From Candidatus Altimarinota bacterium (GTDB taxonomy: Bacteria > Patescibacteriota > Gracilibacteria > UBA1369), in NCBI GenBank assembly GCA_963677745.1, contig OY782391.1, positions 64,001 to 128,000 of the forward strand: a DNA stretch of 64,000 bases. Direction: 5' to 3'. A model generated the notes under the pieces. That model had not been told where the DNA came from and did no database searches. It worked only from the letters and a program-made list of their open reading frames with translations. This document shows, in pieces, positions 25,224-35,066 of this stretch. Position numbers and translations under genes: made by a program. Every line of letters begins with the position of its first letter. Within the stretch, counting starts at the first letter, position 1.

Positions 25224-26888
25224 CTATGAATAGTTGCCATGGTTTACAGGCACATTCAATCTCTTTGCCAGATTTTCAACTGTCATATTCTTCAGTGAAT
25301 CTGAATTTTGAGTTTCCAGAAATTTATAACAAGCAGCCGCTTTGCTTCCGCTGTCAAGACCCAGCATGAAATTTACAAACCTTACTCTGTTTTGAATAGC
25401 CAGCAAATCCCCATAATCCCCTTTTGGAGTGCCTTCATTATTGTTTTTGCCGCTAATTATCATCATCAGATTTCTAAATACAATGGCCTGCGTCGGATTC
25501 ATCGGCACCTTGGCAATATCGGTCGGAACAAAGAGTTTTGATGCCATCTCATACATGGCACGATTGGAAATAATCGAATTTAGTTCAGGACTTACGTAGC
25601 CACGCTCCGGACTATTGGAAGATTCCATTTCGTGGCCAAGATACAATATATTAACCTCTTTTTTAAATTCATTTTCACCAACAACAGCTGATCCGTTAAT
25701 CACACTGTCATTAAAAATATAGACGTTTTTAGGCTTTCCCTGTTCATCCAACAAAGGTTTTCCGTTCTCCATCAATTGTCTTACCTGAAATTCCGATACC
25801 TGACCTTCTCCGCTTTTACTCGGAAATTTAATCTGATATACCCCCGGCCTGATCTGATTGATGGCAATTTCAGTGTTTTCCGACAATTTGCTACCGGCTG
25901 AAATGTCAACATAGCCATAATCGGAACCGTTGAAGGTGGAAGGAGCGGTTGAAGCCACGGTTTTCGTTGCTTCCTCCTGTTTTTTCTGCTGTTCTTCCAG
26001 TTCTTTCGCTTTTGCTTCAGCCAATTTAGCCAATTCCTCATTCCATTTTTCCTCAGTCATCGTTTCGTCGCCCATCCAGGCCACCATATCCGTATTTAAA
26101 TCCTTGACTGTTTTCTTGGCCACCAGCATTTGTTTGTAGTCGCCCATCAGATCAGCAAACAGGCTTTCTATACTTGTTTTCAGGGGCTCAATGGCTACTT
26201 TATCTCCAAGATCGGAAAATACTCCTTCCTTGAATCCTTTTAGCAGACCATCCTTCAATTTTGCCTGTTCCGACCCTTCCGCATTAAAATAATCCTCGAT
26301 CTTGATGCGATTGTCAGGATTGTCAAAAAACGCAGCGCTTTTAACATTTATTTCTTCGGCTTTCTTTGCTTTACCCGCTTCCCTCTTTTCCGGATCCTCC
26401 TCCTTGGTCAGGTCTGTGTAAATTTGGTCGACATACTTGGTAATTCTTTTAAGCATCAATTCATTCCGGATATTCTCCAATTCTTTTTCCTGATTTTTCA
26501 AAACAAATTCTTCAATGGACATACTGCTTCTGACCGGCTTGCCGTTTTCATCCAATGCAGTCAGGTATTGATCCCGCCAACCATCCGGTTTGCGGTAACT
26601 CTCCGTATTCCATTTAAAATCCCTGAATACTTTTTCATAGGCTTTTTCAGGATTTTGCAGCATCTCCTCTTCCTGATTTTTCTTTTCTTCCTGCTCATTC
26701 ATTTTGGCTCTGACTTCTTCGCGCACGCTGGAAATCCTTTCAGCTTTTTTAGTCTGAAAACTTTCGCGTTTTTTCTCACGCAATCTGTTCAGCATCGCCA
26801 AATTATCGGCTGCCAAACCGGGCATTTTCCGCGGTTCTCCTGGGGCTTGTTCGATCGGGTGCGTTTCTAATGGTTTGGCTGGGGACAT
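25224..26888 (-). CDS. Hypothetical protein, E/K-rich coiled coil
   Basis: 554-aa ORF, no recognised motif. Confidence 0.75.
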   Translation of the reverse strand: MSPAKPLETHPIEQAPGEPRKMPGLAADNLAMLNRLREKKRESFQTKKAERISSVREEVRAKMNEQEEKKNQEEEMLQNPEKAYEKVFRDFKWNTESYRKPDGWRDQYLTALDENGKPVRSSMSIEEFVLKNQEKELENIRNELMLKRITKYVDQIYTDLTKEEDPEKREAGKAKKAEEINVKSAAFFDNPDNRIKIEDYFNAEGSEQAKLKDGLLKGFKEGVFSDLGDKVAIEPLKTSIESLFADLMGDYKQMLVAKKTVKDLNTDMVAWMGDETMTEEKWNEELAKLAEAKAKELEEQQKKQEEATKTVASTAPSTFNGSDYGYVDISAGSKLSENTEIAINQIRPGVYQIKFPSKSGEGQVSEFQVRQLMENGKPLLDEQGKPKNVYIFNDSVINGSAVVGENEFKKEVNILYLGHEMESSNSPERGYVSPELNSIISNRAMYEMASKLFVPTDIAKVPMNPTQAIVFRNLMMIISGKNNNEGTPKGDYGDLLAIQNRVRFVNFMLGLDSGSKAAACYKFLETQNSDSLKNMTVENLAKRLNVPVNHGNYS

Positions 26889-26915
26889 TTTTTGGCATTA
26901 AATCCCCATATTATA

Positions 26916-28523
26916 TCATTTTTCCAGTCTTTTCACCATATACGTCCCTTCCTGATGATAACCCAGCTTTCGGTAATATTCTCTCACCCCAATGCCGGAA
27001 ATAACTGCCAGCTTGTGAAAACCGTTTTTTAAAGCAATGTCCTCCGCGGTCTTCATCATTCTTCGGCCCAAGCCTATGTGCTGTGAAACATCCCGTTCCT
27101 TGCTATCTATGGACACCAGTTCACCATAAGCATGCACCTCTCTTATCAAGGCAGCTCCCTCCAGTTCCGTAATAAAATGTTTCTTGCCCTGCAGAGAATA
27201 TGAAGAAAACCTCAATCTGAGCAAAGAACATAATTTATCGCTGTCGGGCTGATCATAACTGATAAAAAACTCCTGTCCGCCCGATGCTTCAAATTGCCTT
27301 ATATTCATGCTCAAATCTGACAAATTGACTTTCTGCTCCTTAATTTCACGGCTGCGTATATCACGCGACGTAATGCCGCGCAAAGCCATTTCTGTTTCCA
27401 CAAATTGCCTGAGATTGGAGAGTTTGGAGCCGGCAATAACGGTATCCGAGGGGATGTCCCTGTAAATTCTGGTAACTCTCACATATTCCGGCCAGAGCTG
27501 GGTCATTTTTATCATCAATTCTATCAGTTCTGTATCACTGTAACTTTTATATTTCCCGTTACGGTAAACCTGTTCCAGCTGAGACCAGGGCACCACAATG
27601 CAGGGATATACTTTCATCCAGTCAGGCCTGTAGGCGGGGTTTGCAAACAACTCCTTCATGTCCGCCAGATCAATTTCGGGTGTAGAGCCGTACAAATTCG
27701 GCATCATATGAACATTAATCTTGAAAGCTGCGTCTCGCAACAATTGCATGGCCAGCTTCGTTTCGGCAATGCCATGACCACGTCTGTTCATTTCCAAGAC
27801 TCTGTCATTTAGAGACTGTACCCCGATTTCCACTTTGGTGCAACCTAGCCGCCTCAGATGCAAAATTTCTTTCTCATTCACATGATCAGGCCTTGTTTCG
27901 AAAGATAAACCAATACAGCGGTTATCGGCCTTTTCATTGCGCTTTTGAGCCTCCAATAAGGTTGTGGCCGGGGGGAGCGGGTAATTTAAAGCATTGAAAA
28001 TGCTTTTGGTAAAATCATTCTGATAGCGCTTCGGATAAAATGAAAACGTCCCCCCGGCCACAACCAGATCTATTTTGTCTGTTTTATGACCGGTTGTCTT
28101 CAAGGAAAAAAGTCTGTTTTTGACCTGCCGGTAGGAGGAAAACTTATTCAGTATTGCTCTCATCATGGCCGGCTCATTGGAAAGATAACTCTTGGGCATT
28201 CCCGGTTCCGTCGGACAAAAAAGACACTTTCCCGGACAGGGAAAAGATTTAGTAAGTACAGTAATATTGGCGATACCCGATTTGGTGCGGACTGAACGCC
28301 GTCTGAGAAACTTTAAAAAATCCGGATTTTCAGCCAGACTCCCCTCTTTAACCATTTCCCGGTAAATTCGTATCAATTCCACATTGGTAACCGATGAAAC
28401 CCGGTACTTTGAACTGATCTCATTTTTGAGACTTTGCAGCTGCTGCTGGCTGGAAAGCTTTTCGGAGTAAGCCCTCTCAATCAACTCTCTATAGGCATTT
28501 TCATTAACTTTTCGCTTCAACAT
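26916..28523 (-). CDS. elp3: Elp3 tRNA uridine(34) carboxymethylase (radical SAM + KAT)
   Basis: CPGKCLFC, PKSY, ETRPD, QHIGLG, ISGIGVREYYRKLGY. Confidence 0.95.
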   Translation of the reverse strand: MLKRKVNENAYRELIERAYSEKLSSQQQLQSLKNEISSKYRVSSVTNVELIRIYREMVKEGSLAENPDFLKFLRRRSVRTKSGIANITVLTKSFPCPGKCLFCPTEPGMPKSYLSNEPAMMRAILNKFSSYRQVKNRLFSLKTTGHKTDKIDLVVAGGTFSFYPKRYQNDFTKSIFNALNYPLPPATTLLEAQKRNEKADNRCIGLSFETRPDHVNEKEILHLRRLGCTKVEIGVQSLNDRVLEMNRRGHGIAETKLAMQLLRDAAFKINVHMMPNLYGSTPEIDLADMKELFANPAYRPDWMKVYPCIVVPWSQLEQVYRNGKYKSYSDTELIELMIKMTQLWPEYVRVTRIYRDIPSDTVIAGSKLSNLRQFVETEMALRGITSRDIRSREIKEQKVNLSDLSMNIRQFEASGGQEFFISYDQPDSDKLCSLLRLRFSSYSLQGKKHFITELEGAALIREVHAYGELVSIDSKERDVSQHIGLGRRMMKTAEDIALKNGFHKLAVISGIGVREYYRKLGYHQEGTYMVKRLEK

Positions 28524-28604
28524 AAATTCTCTGGTTTTCCTTGCTATGACGCCCTAAACTGATAAAGTAATTCTCGTGAAAAAGCAATTATTTCAGCATA
28601 AAAA

Positions 28605-29336
28605 GTGAAAAAAGCAAAAATTGCCAAAATCCTGGAAGACGTCAAGAAATCCTATAATCTGATTGCAGATGAATTTTCCGATACCCGCAATTACAGTTGG
28701 GAGGATTTCAATTATTTTAAACAGTACTTGTTTGAAAATGCCGAAATAGTTGATTTGGGCTGCGGAAACGGCAGACTTGTCAATTTTCTGGAAAAATACT
28801 ACCTGGGAAAGCCATATCGTTACGTGGGACTTGATAATAGCGAGGCGCTCCTGAAAAAAGCCCTGGATCTGCATCCCCACCAGGTATTTTTACCGGGCGA
28901 CCAAATGGAGATACCTTTGTCCGAAAACCAGGCTGATTTGGTCTTTGACATCGCCGCCTTTCATCACATTCCGTCAGTCAATTTGAGAAAACAATCGCTT
29001 TTGGAAATTAAAAGGGTACTTAAACCCGGCGGCATTTTGGTTTTGACAGTCTGGAACCTTTGGCAGAGAAAATACTTATGGCCCAATCTAAAAGCCTGGC
29101 TGGAATTTCTGATTAGTTTCGGAGGCATTGCTCCAAATGATCTTTTTATCCCCTGGAAAAACTCCCGCGGAAAAGTTGTTTCTTCACGCTATTATCATAA
29201 TTTCTTGCCGGTAGAATTAAACAATCTGGTTAAAAAGGCCGGATTTTCCGTAATCAAGGCCTTCCCCTCACGCAACGGACATAAGACCTCTCTTTTTAAT
29301 AGCTACAACTATATTTTGATCGCCAAAAATGAATAA
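28605..29336 (+). CDS. Class I SAM methyltransferase, Trm9/ALKBH8-like
   Basis: YNLIADEFSDTR..W, DLGCGNGR, IAAFHH, DLFIPW, RYYHNF..EL. Confidence 0.8.
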   Translation: MKKAKIAKILEDVKKSYNLIADEFSDTRNYSWEDFNYFKQYLFENAEIVDLGCGNGRLVNFLEKYYLGKPYRYVGLDNSEALLKKALDLHPHQVFLPGDQMEIPLSENQADLVFDIAAFHHIPSVNLRKQSLLEIKRVLKPGGILVLTVWNLWQRKYLWPNLKAWLEFLISFGGIAPNDLFIPWKNSRGKVVSSRYYHNFLPVELNNLVKKAGFSVIKAFPSRNGHKTSLFNSYNYILIAKNE

Positions 29337-30206
29337 TAAGGTAGATATTCTGGGAATTCCGTTTACATCTCTATCTGAAGAGGAAGTCCTGAATTTTATT
29401 AAAAATCATCTTAACAATCACTCCTCTCCCCCTCTTTTTGTTGCTACCCCCAATCCTGAAATGCTTCTGGAATCACATAAGAACTTGTTGTTTAAAAAAA
29501 ATATTCAACAGGCGGGATTGAATCTTCCGATGGTAACGGGCTAATCTGGGCCAACCGCTTTTTGTCAAAAATGTCAGGAAGGAAAAACAAAATAATGATT
29601 GCACTGTATGGAGCATTTAGTCTGCCTGCCTTTCTTTTTCATCGAAAGGTAACCGGACAGCGTTTCCAAAAAGCAATTCACGGTTCGGATCTGACCATGA
29701 AAATATGCCAGGATTCCGTAATTGGCAGCCAGGGGATTTTTCTCCTTGGTAACAAGTATGGTCTTCGGGCCAATACAGCAGAATTAGCGGCAAAAAAGCT
29801 GCAAAAAATGTTCCCCGCAATCAACATTTCCGGCTATCTGGACGCCACAGCCTCCGACTCTCATATTATCAGTAAAATCAATCAAAGCGGAGCCAAGATA
29901 CTGCTGGTTGCTTTTGGAGCTCCGATCCAGGAGCTGTGGATAGCCAGGAACCTTTCTGCGATGCCTGATATCAGGTTAGCCATGGGCATCGGGGGAACGT
30001 TTGATTTCATTGCCGGTATTGTGCCACGGGCACCGGTTTTAATGAGAAAACTGGGTCTTGAATGGCTCTACAGACTATATAAACAGCCGAAAAGGCTGGG
30101 CAGAATTATTAATGCCACCCTGGTTTTTCCCTATACTGTGATTAAAGACCGCCTGAATTCCTCTACCCCGGCAAATCCTGATAAACACAAAATTTCCGGC
30201 ATTTAG
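29329..30206 (+). pseudogene. WecB/TagA/CpsF (GT26) glycosyltransferase split by 1-nt frameshift near 29528
   Basis: N-part ..TPNPE..LNLP; other frame resumes DGNGLIWA..GSDL..VAFGAPIQE..GIGGTFD..RAP..LEWLYRL. Confidence 0.8.
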
Positions 30207-30606
30207 CCTGTCTCAAAGAATCCAGCTCCAGTAGTTGTTCCTCGATCAAATCTATTTTTCGCTGAAAATATTGATCCGAATAAATTTGCTTTAGTATTTC
30301 CTGTTTTTCACGTTTTTCCAAATCACTTAAATCCTTCAATTTTTCAATTTGCCGTCTTTCACTTTGAAAAACTATCAAATCGCTTGCATACTCCGCCTTC
30401 AGCATTTCAATCCTGGTCTGAATTTTTCTTTCCTCCTGTTCAAATTGATAAACGCCGGCAAATGTTTCATATTTTAATACGGTGGGACTTGATACCTGAT
30501 CCCCTGCTTTCAAACCGGCAATTCTCGTAAAATAAAACAGTAACGCCACCGCTACCAGCGCCCCCACAAAAACAATTTGCAAAATATTGTCTTTAGTCCT
30601 GTCCAT
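30163..30606 (-). CDS. Membrane-anchored hypothetical protein
   Basis: N-terminal TM plus coiled coil. Confidence 0.65.
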   Translation of the reverse strand: MDRTKDNILQIVFVGALVAVALLFYFTRIAGLKAGDQVSSPTVLKYETFAGVYQFEQEERKIQTRIEMLKAEYASDLIVFQSERRQIEKLKDLSDLEKREKQEILKQIYSDQYFQRKIDLIEEQLLELDSLRQAKCRKFCVYQDLPG

Positions 30607-30686
30607 AAATAGATTTAAGACCTATTTATATACTATTTCTGGAAAATTGCAAAATCCAGTGCTATTCTATTTCAGCAAAGTTAAAC

Positions 30687-30762
30687 GGGCCCTTAGCTCA
30701 GCTGGTAGAGCGCGGCATTCGCATTGCCGAGGTCGGGAGTTCGAGTCTCCTAGGGTCCACCA
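30687..30762 (+). tRNA. tRNA-Ala (anticodon CGC)
   Basis: Cloverleaf, G3-U70 pair, anticodon loop TT-CGC-AT, GTTCGA T-loop, encoded CCA. Confidence 0.97.
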
Positions 30763-31176
30763 TTATTTCCCCAGTTTTCTAATTGAAAAAAAGCCTTTTT
30801 TCTTCGCTTGTTCTTTTTCTTTTTCTTTTTCTAAAGCCTTTTTTGCCTCTTCCTTTTCTTTTTCAGACGGCTCACAGTAACATTCTTCCTCTCCACAATC
30901 CTTGCAGACAGCATCTTCTTTGACCTCTTCAAATCTGGTCCTGATTTTTTCCACAATTTGATGTATGAAGCCCAGACTGGCCGTCATCTCTGACAGCGCT
31001 TTCATCGGCTCCATTACAACTTCCCGTACTCTTTCCGAAACCTCCTTAAAGTTTGCGGTCATTTTGCTTACATCCCTCAAGACCAGCGTCAGATTTAGAA
31101 ACAAAACGCACAAAAAGATAACTAGAATCACAAATCCTCCTCCCAATGCGATATATAGAAAATCCAATGACGTCAT
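30763..31176 (-). CDS. DUF948-like membrane protein
   Basis: N-terminal TM then coiled coil. Confidence 0.65.
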   Translation of the reverse strand: MTSLDFLYIALGGGFVILVIFLCVLFLNLTLVLRDVSKMTANFKEVSERVREVVMEPMKALSEMTASLGFIHQIVEKIRTRFEEVKEDAVCKDCGEEECYCEPSEKEKEEAKKALEKEKEKEQAKKKGFFSIRKLGK

Positions 31177-31178
31177 AA

Positions 31179-32615
31179 TTATTTTGTTTTTAATATTTTA
31201 ATTAGTATTTCATTGGCTAGTTCAGGATTAGCCTGCCCCCTGGTTGCCTTCATGACTTGTCCGACCAGGGCCTTAAAGGCATTCTCCTTGCCACCAAGAT
31301 AATCTTGCACCGATTTTTGATTTTCTGCAACTACTTGCTGACAGATTTTTTCCAGTTCTAACGAATCCCCTATCGACTTCAGCCCCTTTTCGTCAATTAT
31401 CTTCTGAGGATCTCCGCCCTGCAGATACATTGTTTCAAATACTTCGCCCTTGGCAATATTCATGGAGGTCTGGCCTTCGTTTACCAGTTTAATCAGTGCA
31501 GCCAGATGTTCCGCAGAAATTTTGCAGCTTTGTATGGTCAAACCGTCTTTTTTAAGTCTTCCGACCAGAATACTCATCACGAAACTGGCAGACTTTTTGG
31601 AGTCGCCGGAAATTTCCACCACCCGGTCAAAATATACAGCCAGATCCCTATCTTCAATCAAAAACAATGCTTCCGCTTCGCTCAAACCGAATTCCGACAA
31701 ATAGCGCTGATATTTTTTTTCAGGAAGTTCAGGAATTTCCAATCGTAATTTCTCAATAAAATCATCCGCCAGCACAATAGGCGGCAAGTCCGGCTCGGGA
31801 AAATATCGATAATCATCAGATCCTTCCTTGATTCTCATGAAATAGGTTTGCCCGGAAATGTCATCAAAACCAACCGTAATATTCTGCTGAAGAGTCTGAT
31901 TATCCGACCAAAGTTGTTTCTGACGTTCTATTTCATATTTAATGGCCGTTTCCAGAGATCGAAAAGAATTCAGGTTTTTTATTTCGGCGCGCGGGTACAG
32001 TTTTTGCTCACCAACCGGGCGGATGGAAATACTGGCATCAAAGCGCATCATTCCTTTCTCCATATCCGCATCGCTAGAACCGGTATAACGCATTATCTGC
32101 TGAATTGCTTTGGCATAAGCCACGGCTTCTTCCGGAGAACGCAGATCCGGATCACTGACTATTTCCATCAGTCCCACTCCGGCTCTGTTGAAATCAATCA
32201 ATGTGCCTCCCTGAAAATGAGTAAGTTTTCCAGCATCCTCCTCCAGATGTAAACGGGTAATACCAATCTTCTTTATTTTGCCGTTCACGGTGATATCCAG
32301 ATATCCATGTTCACTTAGAGGAAATTCAAACTGTGAAATCTGATAACCTTTCGGCAGATCCGGGTAAAAATAATTTTTACGGTCAAAATGCGAATAATTA
32401 TTTACTTTACAATTGAGAGCCAGAGCCGCCTTGATCCCCTTATTGAGGGCTTCTTCATTCAGTACCGGCAGTTGCCCCGGCATTCCCATACAAACCGGAT
32501 CAATGTTCTGATTCGGTTCTTTGCTGAAATACTCGGCACTGGAAGGACAAAATATTTTGCTTTTCGTGGTGATCTGGGCATGAATTTCCAGACCTATTAC
32601 AGCCTCAAATTCCAT
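31179..32615 (-). CDS. gatB: Asp/Glu-tRNA amidotransferase subunit B
   Basis: VIGLEIHAQ, FDRKNYFYPDLPKGYQISQ, DYRYFPEPDL. Confidence 0.98.
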   Translation of the reverse strand: MEFEAVIGLEIHAQITTKSKIFCPSSAEYFSKEPNQNIDPVCMGMPGQLPVLNEEALNKGIKAALALNCKVNNYSHFDRKNYFYPDLPKGYQISQFEFPLSEHGYLDITVNGKIKKIGITRLHLEEDAGKLTHFQGGTLIDFNRAGVGLMEIVSDPDLRSPEEAVAYAKAIQQIMRYTGSSDADMEKGMMRFDASISIRPVGEQKLYPRAEIKNLNSFRSLETAIKYEIERQKQLWSDNQTLQQNITVGFDDISGQTYFMRIKEGSDDYRYFPEPDLPPIVLADDFIEKLRLEIPELPEKKYQRYLSEFGLSEAEALFLIEDRDLAVYFDRVVEISGDSKKSASFVMSILVGRLKKDGLTIQSCKISAEHLAALIKLVNEGQTSMNIAKGEVFETMYLQGGDPQKIIDEKGLKSIGDSLELEKICQQVVAENQKSVQDYLGGKENAFKALVGQVMKATRGQANPELANEILIKILKTK

Positions 32616-32678
32616 ATCTAATCTTAAATGAATAATCCTTCACAGCTTACCCAAAACCCAACTTTTACTCAACCCAAA

Positions 32679-33080
32679 TCATTTGAAATGCAATCCGATA
32701 TCTCCAAAAGCCCTGCGGAAAGATGACATAGCCGAGTCTATCTCCCGGGAGTTGATTTTGGCGTCCAGTTCATGCGCCAATTTATTGCGCAACTTGTGGG
32801 CCTGCCACAAACCGTTTATATCTGAAAAACTATCCGCCTGCTTTTTTAGTTTATCACCCAAACTTCCCTGAAGACCTTTGATCTTTAACATATGATCTAA
32901 TAGCTTATCGGCTTCCATAAGCCTGTATCGACCATCCTGGTTTTGCATTATCCTGTTCCAATTTTCACGATAAAACTTCAGATCGGCTGGAGACCATTTC
33001 TTACGGCTGTTCCAGACCGCCAGCTGAAAAGCCAGATAGATCAGGAAAACCAGTATTAAGAGAACAATCAGCCAGTTCAT
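32679..33080 (-). CDS. Hypothetical membrane-anchored protein
   Basis: TM plus EADKLLD..AHKLRNKLAH. Confidence 0.7.
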   Translation of the reverse strand: MNWLIVLLILVFLIYLAFQLAVWNSRKKWSPADLKFYRENWNRIMQNQDGRYRLMEADKLLDHMLKIKGLQGSLGDKLKKQADSFSDINGLWQAHKLRNKLAHELDAKINSREIDSAMSSFRRAFGDIGLHFK

Positions 33081-33083
33081 AAT

Positions 33084-33710
33084 TTAAAAATCAACTTCTA
33101 CTTCCTTCATTTCCTGCGCATGTTTTTTGACCATTTCCGACAACAACTTTTTAAGCGTTTTTGTTTCCTCAAAAGATTTATCTTCCAGATATTTTTCTTT
33201 GTAGGACATGATTACACTTTCAATCCTGGCTGGATTTACAGCATCTTTCAGCTCCAAACCTACACCTCCGCTTTCGCGGTTTATTTGAATTAATCCGTAA
33301 TTAAAAACCGTTTGCAGAAAACCCTTGAATTTATTGGTGATACCTTCCACATTCGGATATTCCAGACGCACCGAATTGCGGTCGAACGGACCGTTCCATG
33401 TGACATCAATCAGGGTCAGATCCGTTACCAGTATCACGTCGAAATACCAGTTGAACATCATCTTATTCAAGGCGATTACGCCGTAAAGAAGCCAGACTAA
33501 AAAGGCAAACCAGATTTCCGGGAAGACCTGCCACAGAAAGATCGGTATAAAAAAATGCAAAATAAATATTTTGAATCCCTTTTTTATCATTAAAAAAGGA
33601 TGACGGTGAGCAATAAAAAGTATCTTTTCACCCTTTTCCAGATGAGGTCCAAACAGATAATACTGTGTTTTTTCCTTAAAATTGGCCCAGGTTGAAGATT
33701 TCTTCACCAT
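33084..33710 (-). CDS. Membrane protein with bacterial PH-like domain
   Basis: RHPF, two TM segments, WYFDVILVTD, G...FNYG.I. Confidence 0.7.
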   Translation of the reverse strand: MVKKSSTWANFKEKTQYYLFGPHLEKGEKILFIAHRHPFLMIKKGFKIFILHFFIPIFLWQVFPEIWFAFLVWLLYGVIALNKMMFNWYFDVILVTDLTLIDVTWNGPFDRNSVRLEYPNVEGITNKFKGFLQTVFNYGLIQINRESGGVGLELKDAVNPARIESVIMSYKEKYLEDKSFEETKTLKKLLSEMVKKHAQEMKEVEVDF

Positions 33711-33782
33711 TTTGTTTTAATTTTTAGTCAATTCTAAATAAATTCTACACTTGTTTTTGTCACCCAGTAAAGTTAAACTTTC

Positions 33783-34547
33783 GTGGCTAAAACAGAACAA
33801 ATGGCTAAAGATAAAGATCAAAACCCGGGATACCTGATCAATTACCTGGAAAAAAAACTACAGGGAAGCCGTCTAAACTACGGGCAACAGAAAAAACTGC
33901 TTCTGGCCGCCGATATATCATTGAATGTAATAATTGTGGTGGTATTGGTGGTATTGATGAGAACTTTTATCATGACTCCTTTTCAGGTCTATGGCATTTC
34001 AATGTGTAACACACTTAATTACATTAATGATAAGTGCCAGGATGGTTATGGAGACTACATAATTATCAATAAAAGCTCATATCTGCGCCTGCCCGGCTGG
34101 ACCGTCGGTACTCCCCAGCGTGGTGATATCATTGTTTTCCGCCCACCGCACAACAATCATGAGTTTTACATAAAAAGAGTAATCGGGCTTCCCGGAGAAA
34201 CGGTCAAACTGATTGACGGTTATGTTTACATTTTTAGCGATAAATATCCTCAGGGCATCAAACTGGATGAGCCATACCTGTCAGATGATAATAATGGCAG
34301 TACCTTTGCCACCGGCGGAATTAATGAATTTACTGTCCCGGCAGATCAATATTTTGTGCTGGGAGATAATCGCAAACGCAGTTCCGATTCCAGACTTTGT
34401 TTCAAGGAAAGCTCCGCCAGCCCCAATTGCGGTGAAAAAGGAGCGTCTTCTTTTCTGACCATGGACAACATTGAAGGAAAAGCAGCTCTCGTTTTATGGC
34501 CCAGACCCGAAATAATCTACAGTCACGAGTATCCCCAAACGGTCTAG
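33783..34547 (+). CDS. lepB: Signal peptidase I
   Basis: GISM, RGDIIVF, YIKRVIGLPGE, GDNR..S.DSR. Confidence 0.95.
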   Translation: MAKTEQMAKDKDQNPGYLINYLEKKLQGSRLNYGQQKKLLLAADISLNVIIVVVLVVLMRTFIMTPFQVYGISMCNTLNYINDKCQDGYGDYIIINKSSYLRLPGWTVGTPQRGDIIVFRPPHNNHEFYIKRVIGLPGETVKLIDGYVYIFSDKYPQGIKLDEPYLSDDNNGSTFATGGINEFTVPADQYFVLGDNRKRSSDSRLCFKESSASPNCGEKGASSFLTMDNIEGKAALVLWPRPEIIYSHEYPQTV

Positions 34548-34670
34548 TATTATCGTATTTCGCCCCATTTTCCCCTTTCTCACAAGCAATTTAGGGTAAT
34601 TTTTGAATAATTCGTGGTTTTCCTCTTCAGACAGGGAAAATGGCACTTTTATATTTTGGCATCAAAAATC

Positions 34671-34699
34671 TTGACAAAACCTCGGTTTGTTGGTAAGTT
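34671..34699 (+). promoter_or_regulatory. Sigma70 promoter of GC-rich cassette
   Basis: TTGACA-17-TAAGTT with extended TG. Confidence 0.65.
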
Positions 34700-34733
34700 G
34701 ATACCTTCTAAAAAATTGCTGTTACTGTTTAGC

Positions 34734-35040
34734 GCTCATTGAAAAACAGGGAAAGCAGAGAGTAAATTGCCTAAACTTGCAATCGAATGCCAGTTCATGT
34801 AACGACACCATCCCTCCCCAAAGTAAGATGTTGTTTCCTGGCGTTCCGTTGTCTTTAGGCAGTTAGCCTCTCTGTTTTCGTCACTGCGGCTCACACTTCT
34901 GTGCTGCCGCAATTTCATAAGTTAAGTCCGTCCTGGACTCTCATAGTCGGACGGATTGCATGTTTCTGGGAAGTGAGCCCACGGCTTTACACCCACCAAA
35001 GACTCAAGCCCGCCTCCTCCGGCGGTACAATAGGAGGACA
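34734..35040 (+). ncRNA. Structured 5' leader RNA of unknown class
   Basis: boxA-like GCTCATTGAAAA; rod 34751-34879; hairpins 34885-34911, 34925-34957, 35010-35025. Confidence 0.55.
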
Positions 35041-35066
35041 ATGTGCATGCCGAGGAGGATAACACG

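Noticed and set aside
30687-30762. tRNA-Ala as prophage attachment site
   Set aside because: Flanked by housekeeping genes, 5.5 kb from the phage boundary; no duplicated 3' end seen
34751-34879. Leader rod as 6S RNA, SRP RNA or retron msr-msd
   Set aside because: Shorter than 6S and lacks the large central bubble, no SRP domain IV motif, no reverse transcriptase nearby; left unclassified pending Rfam search
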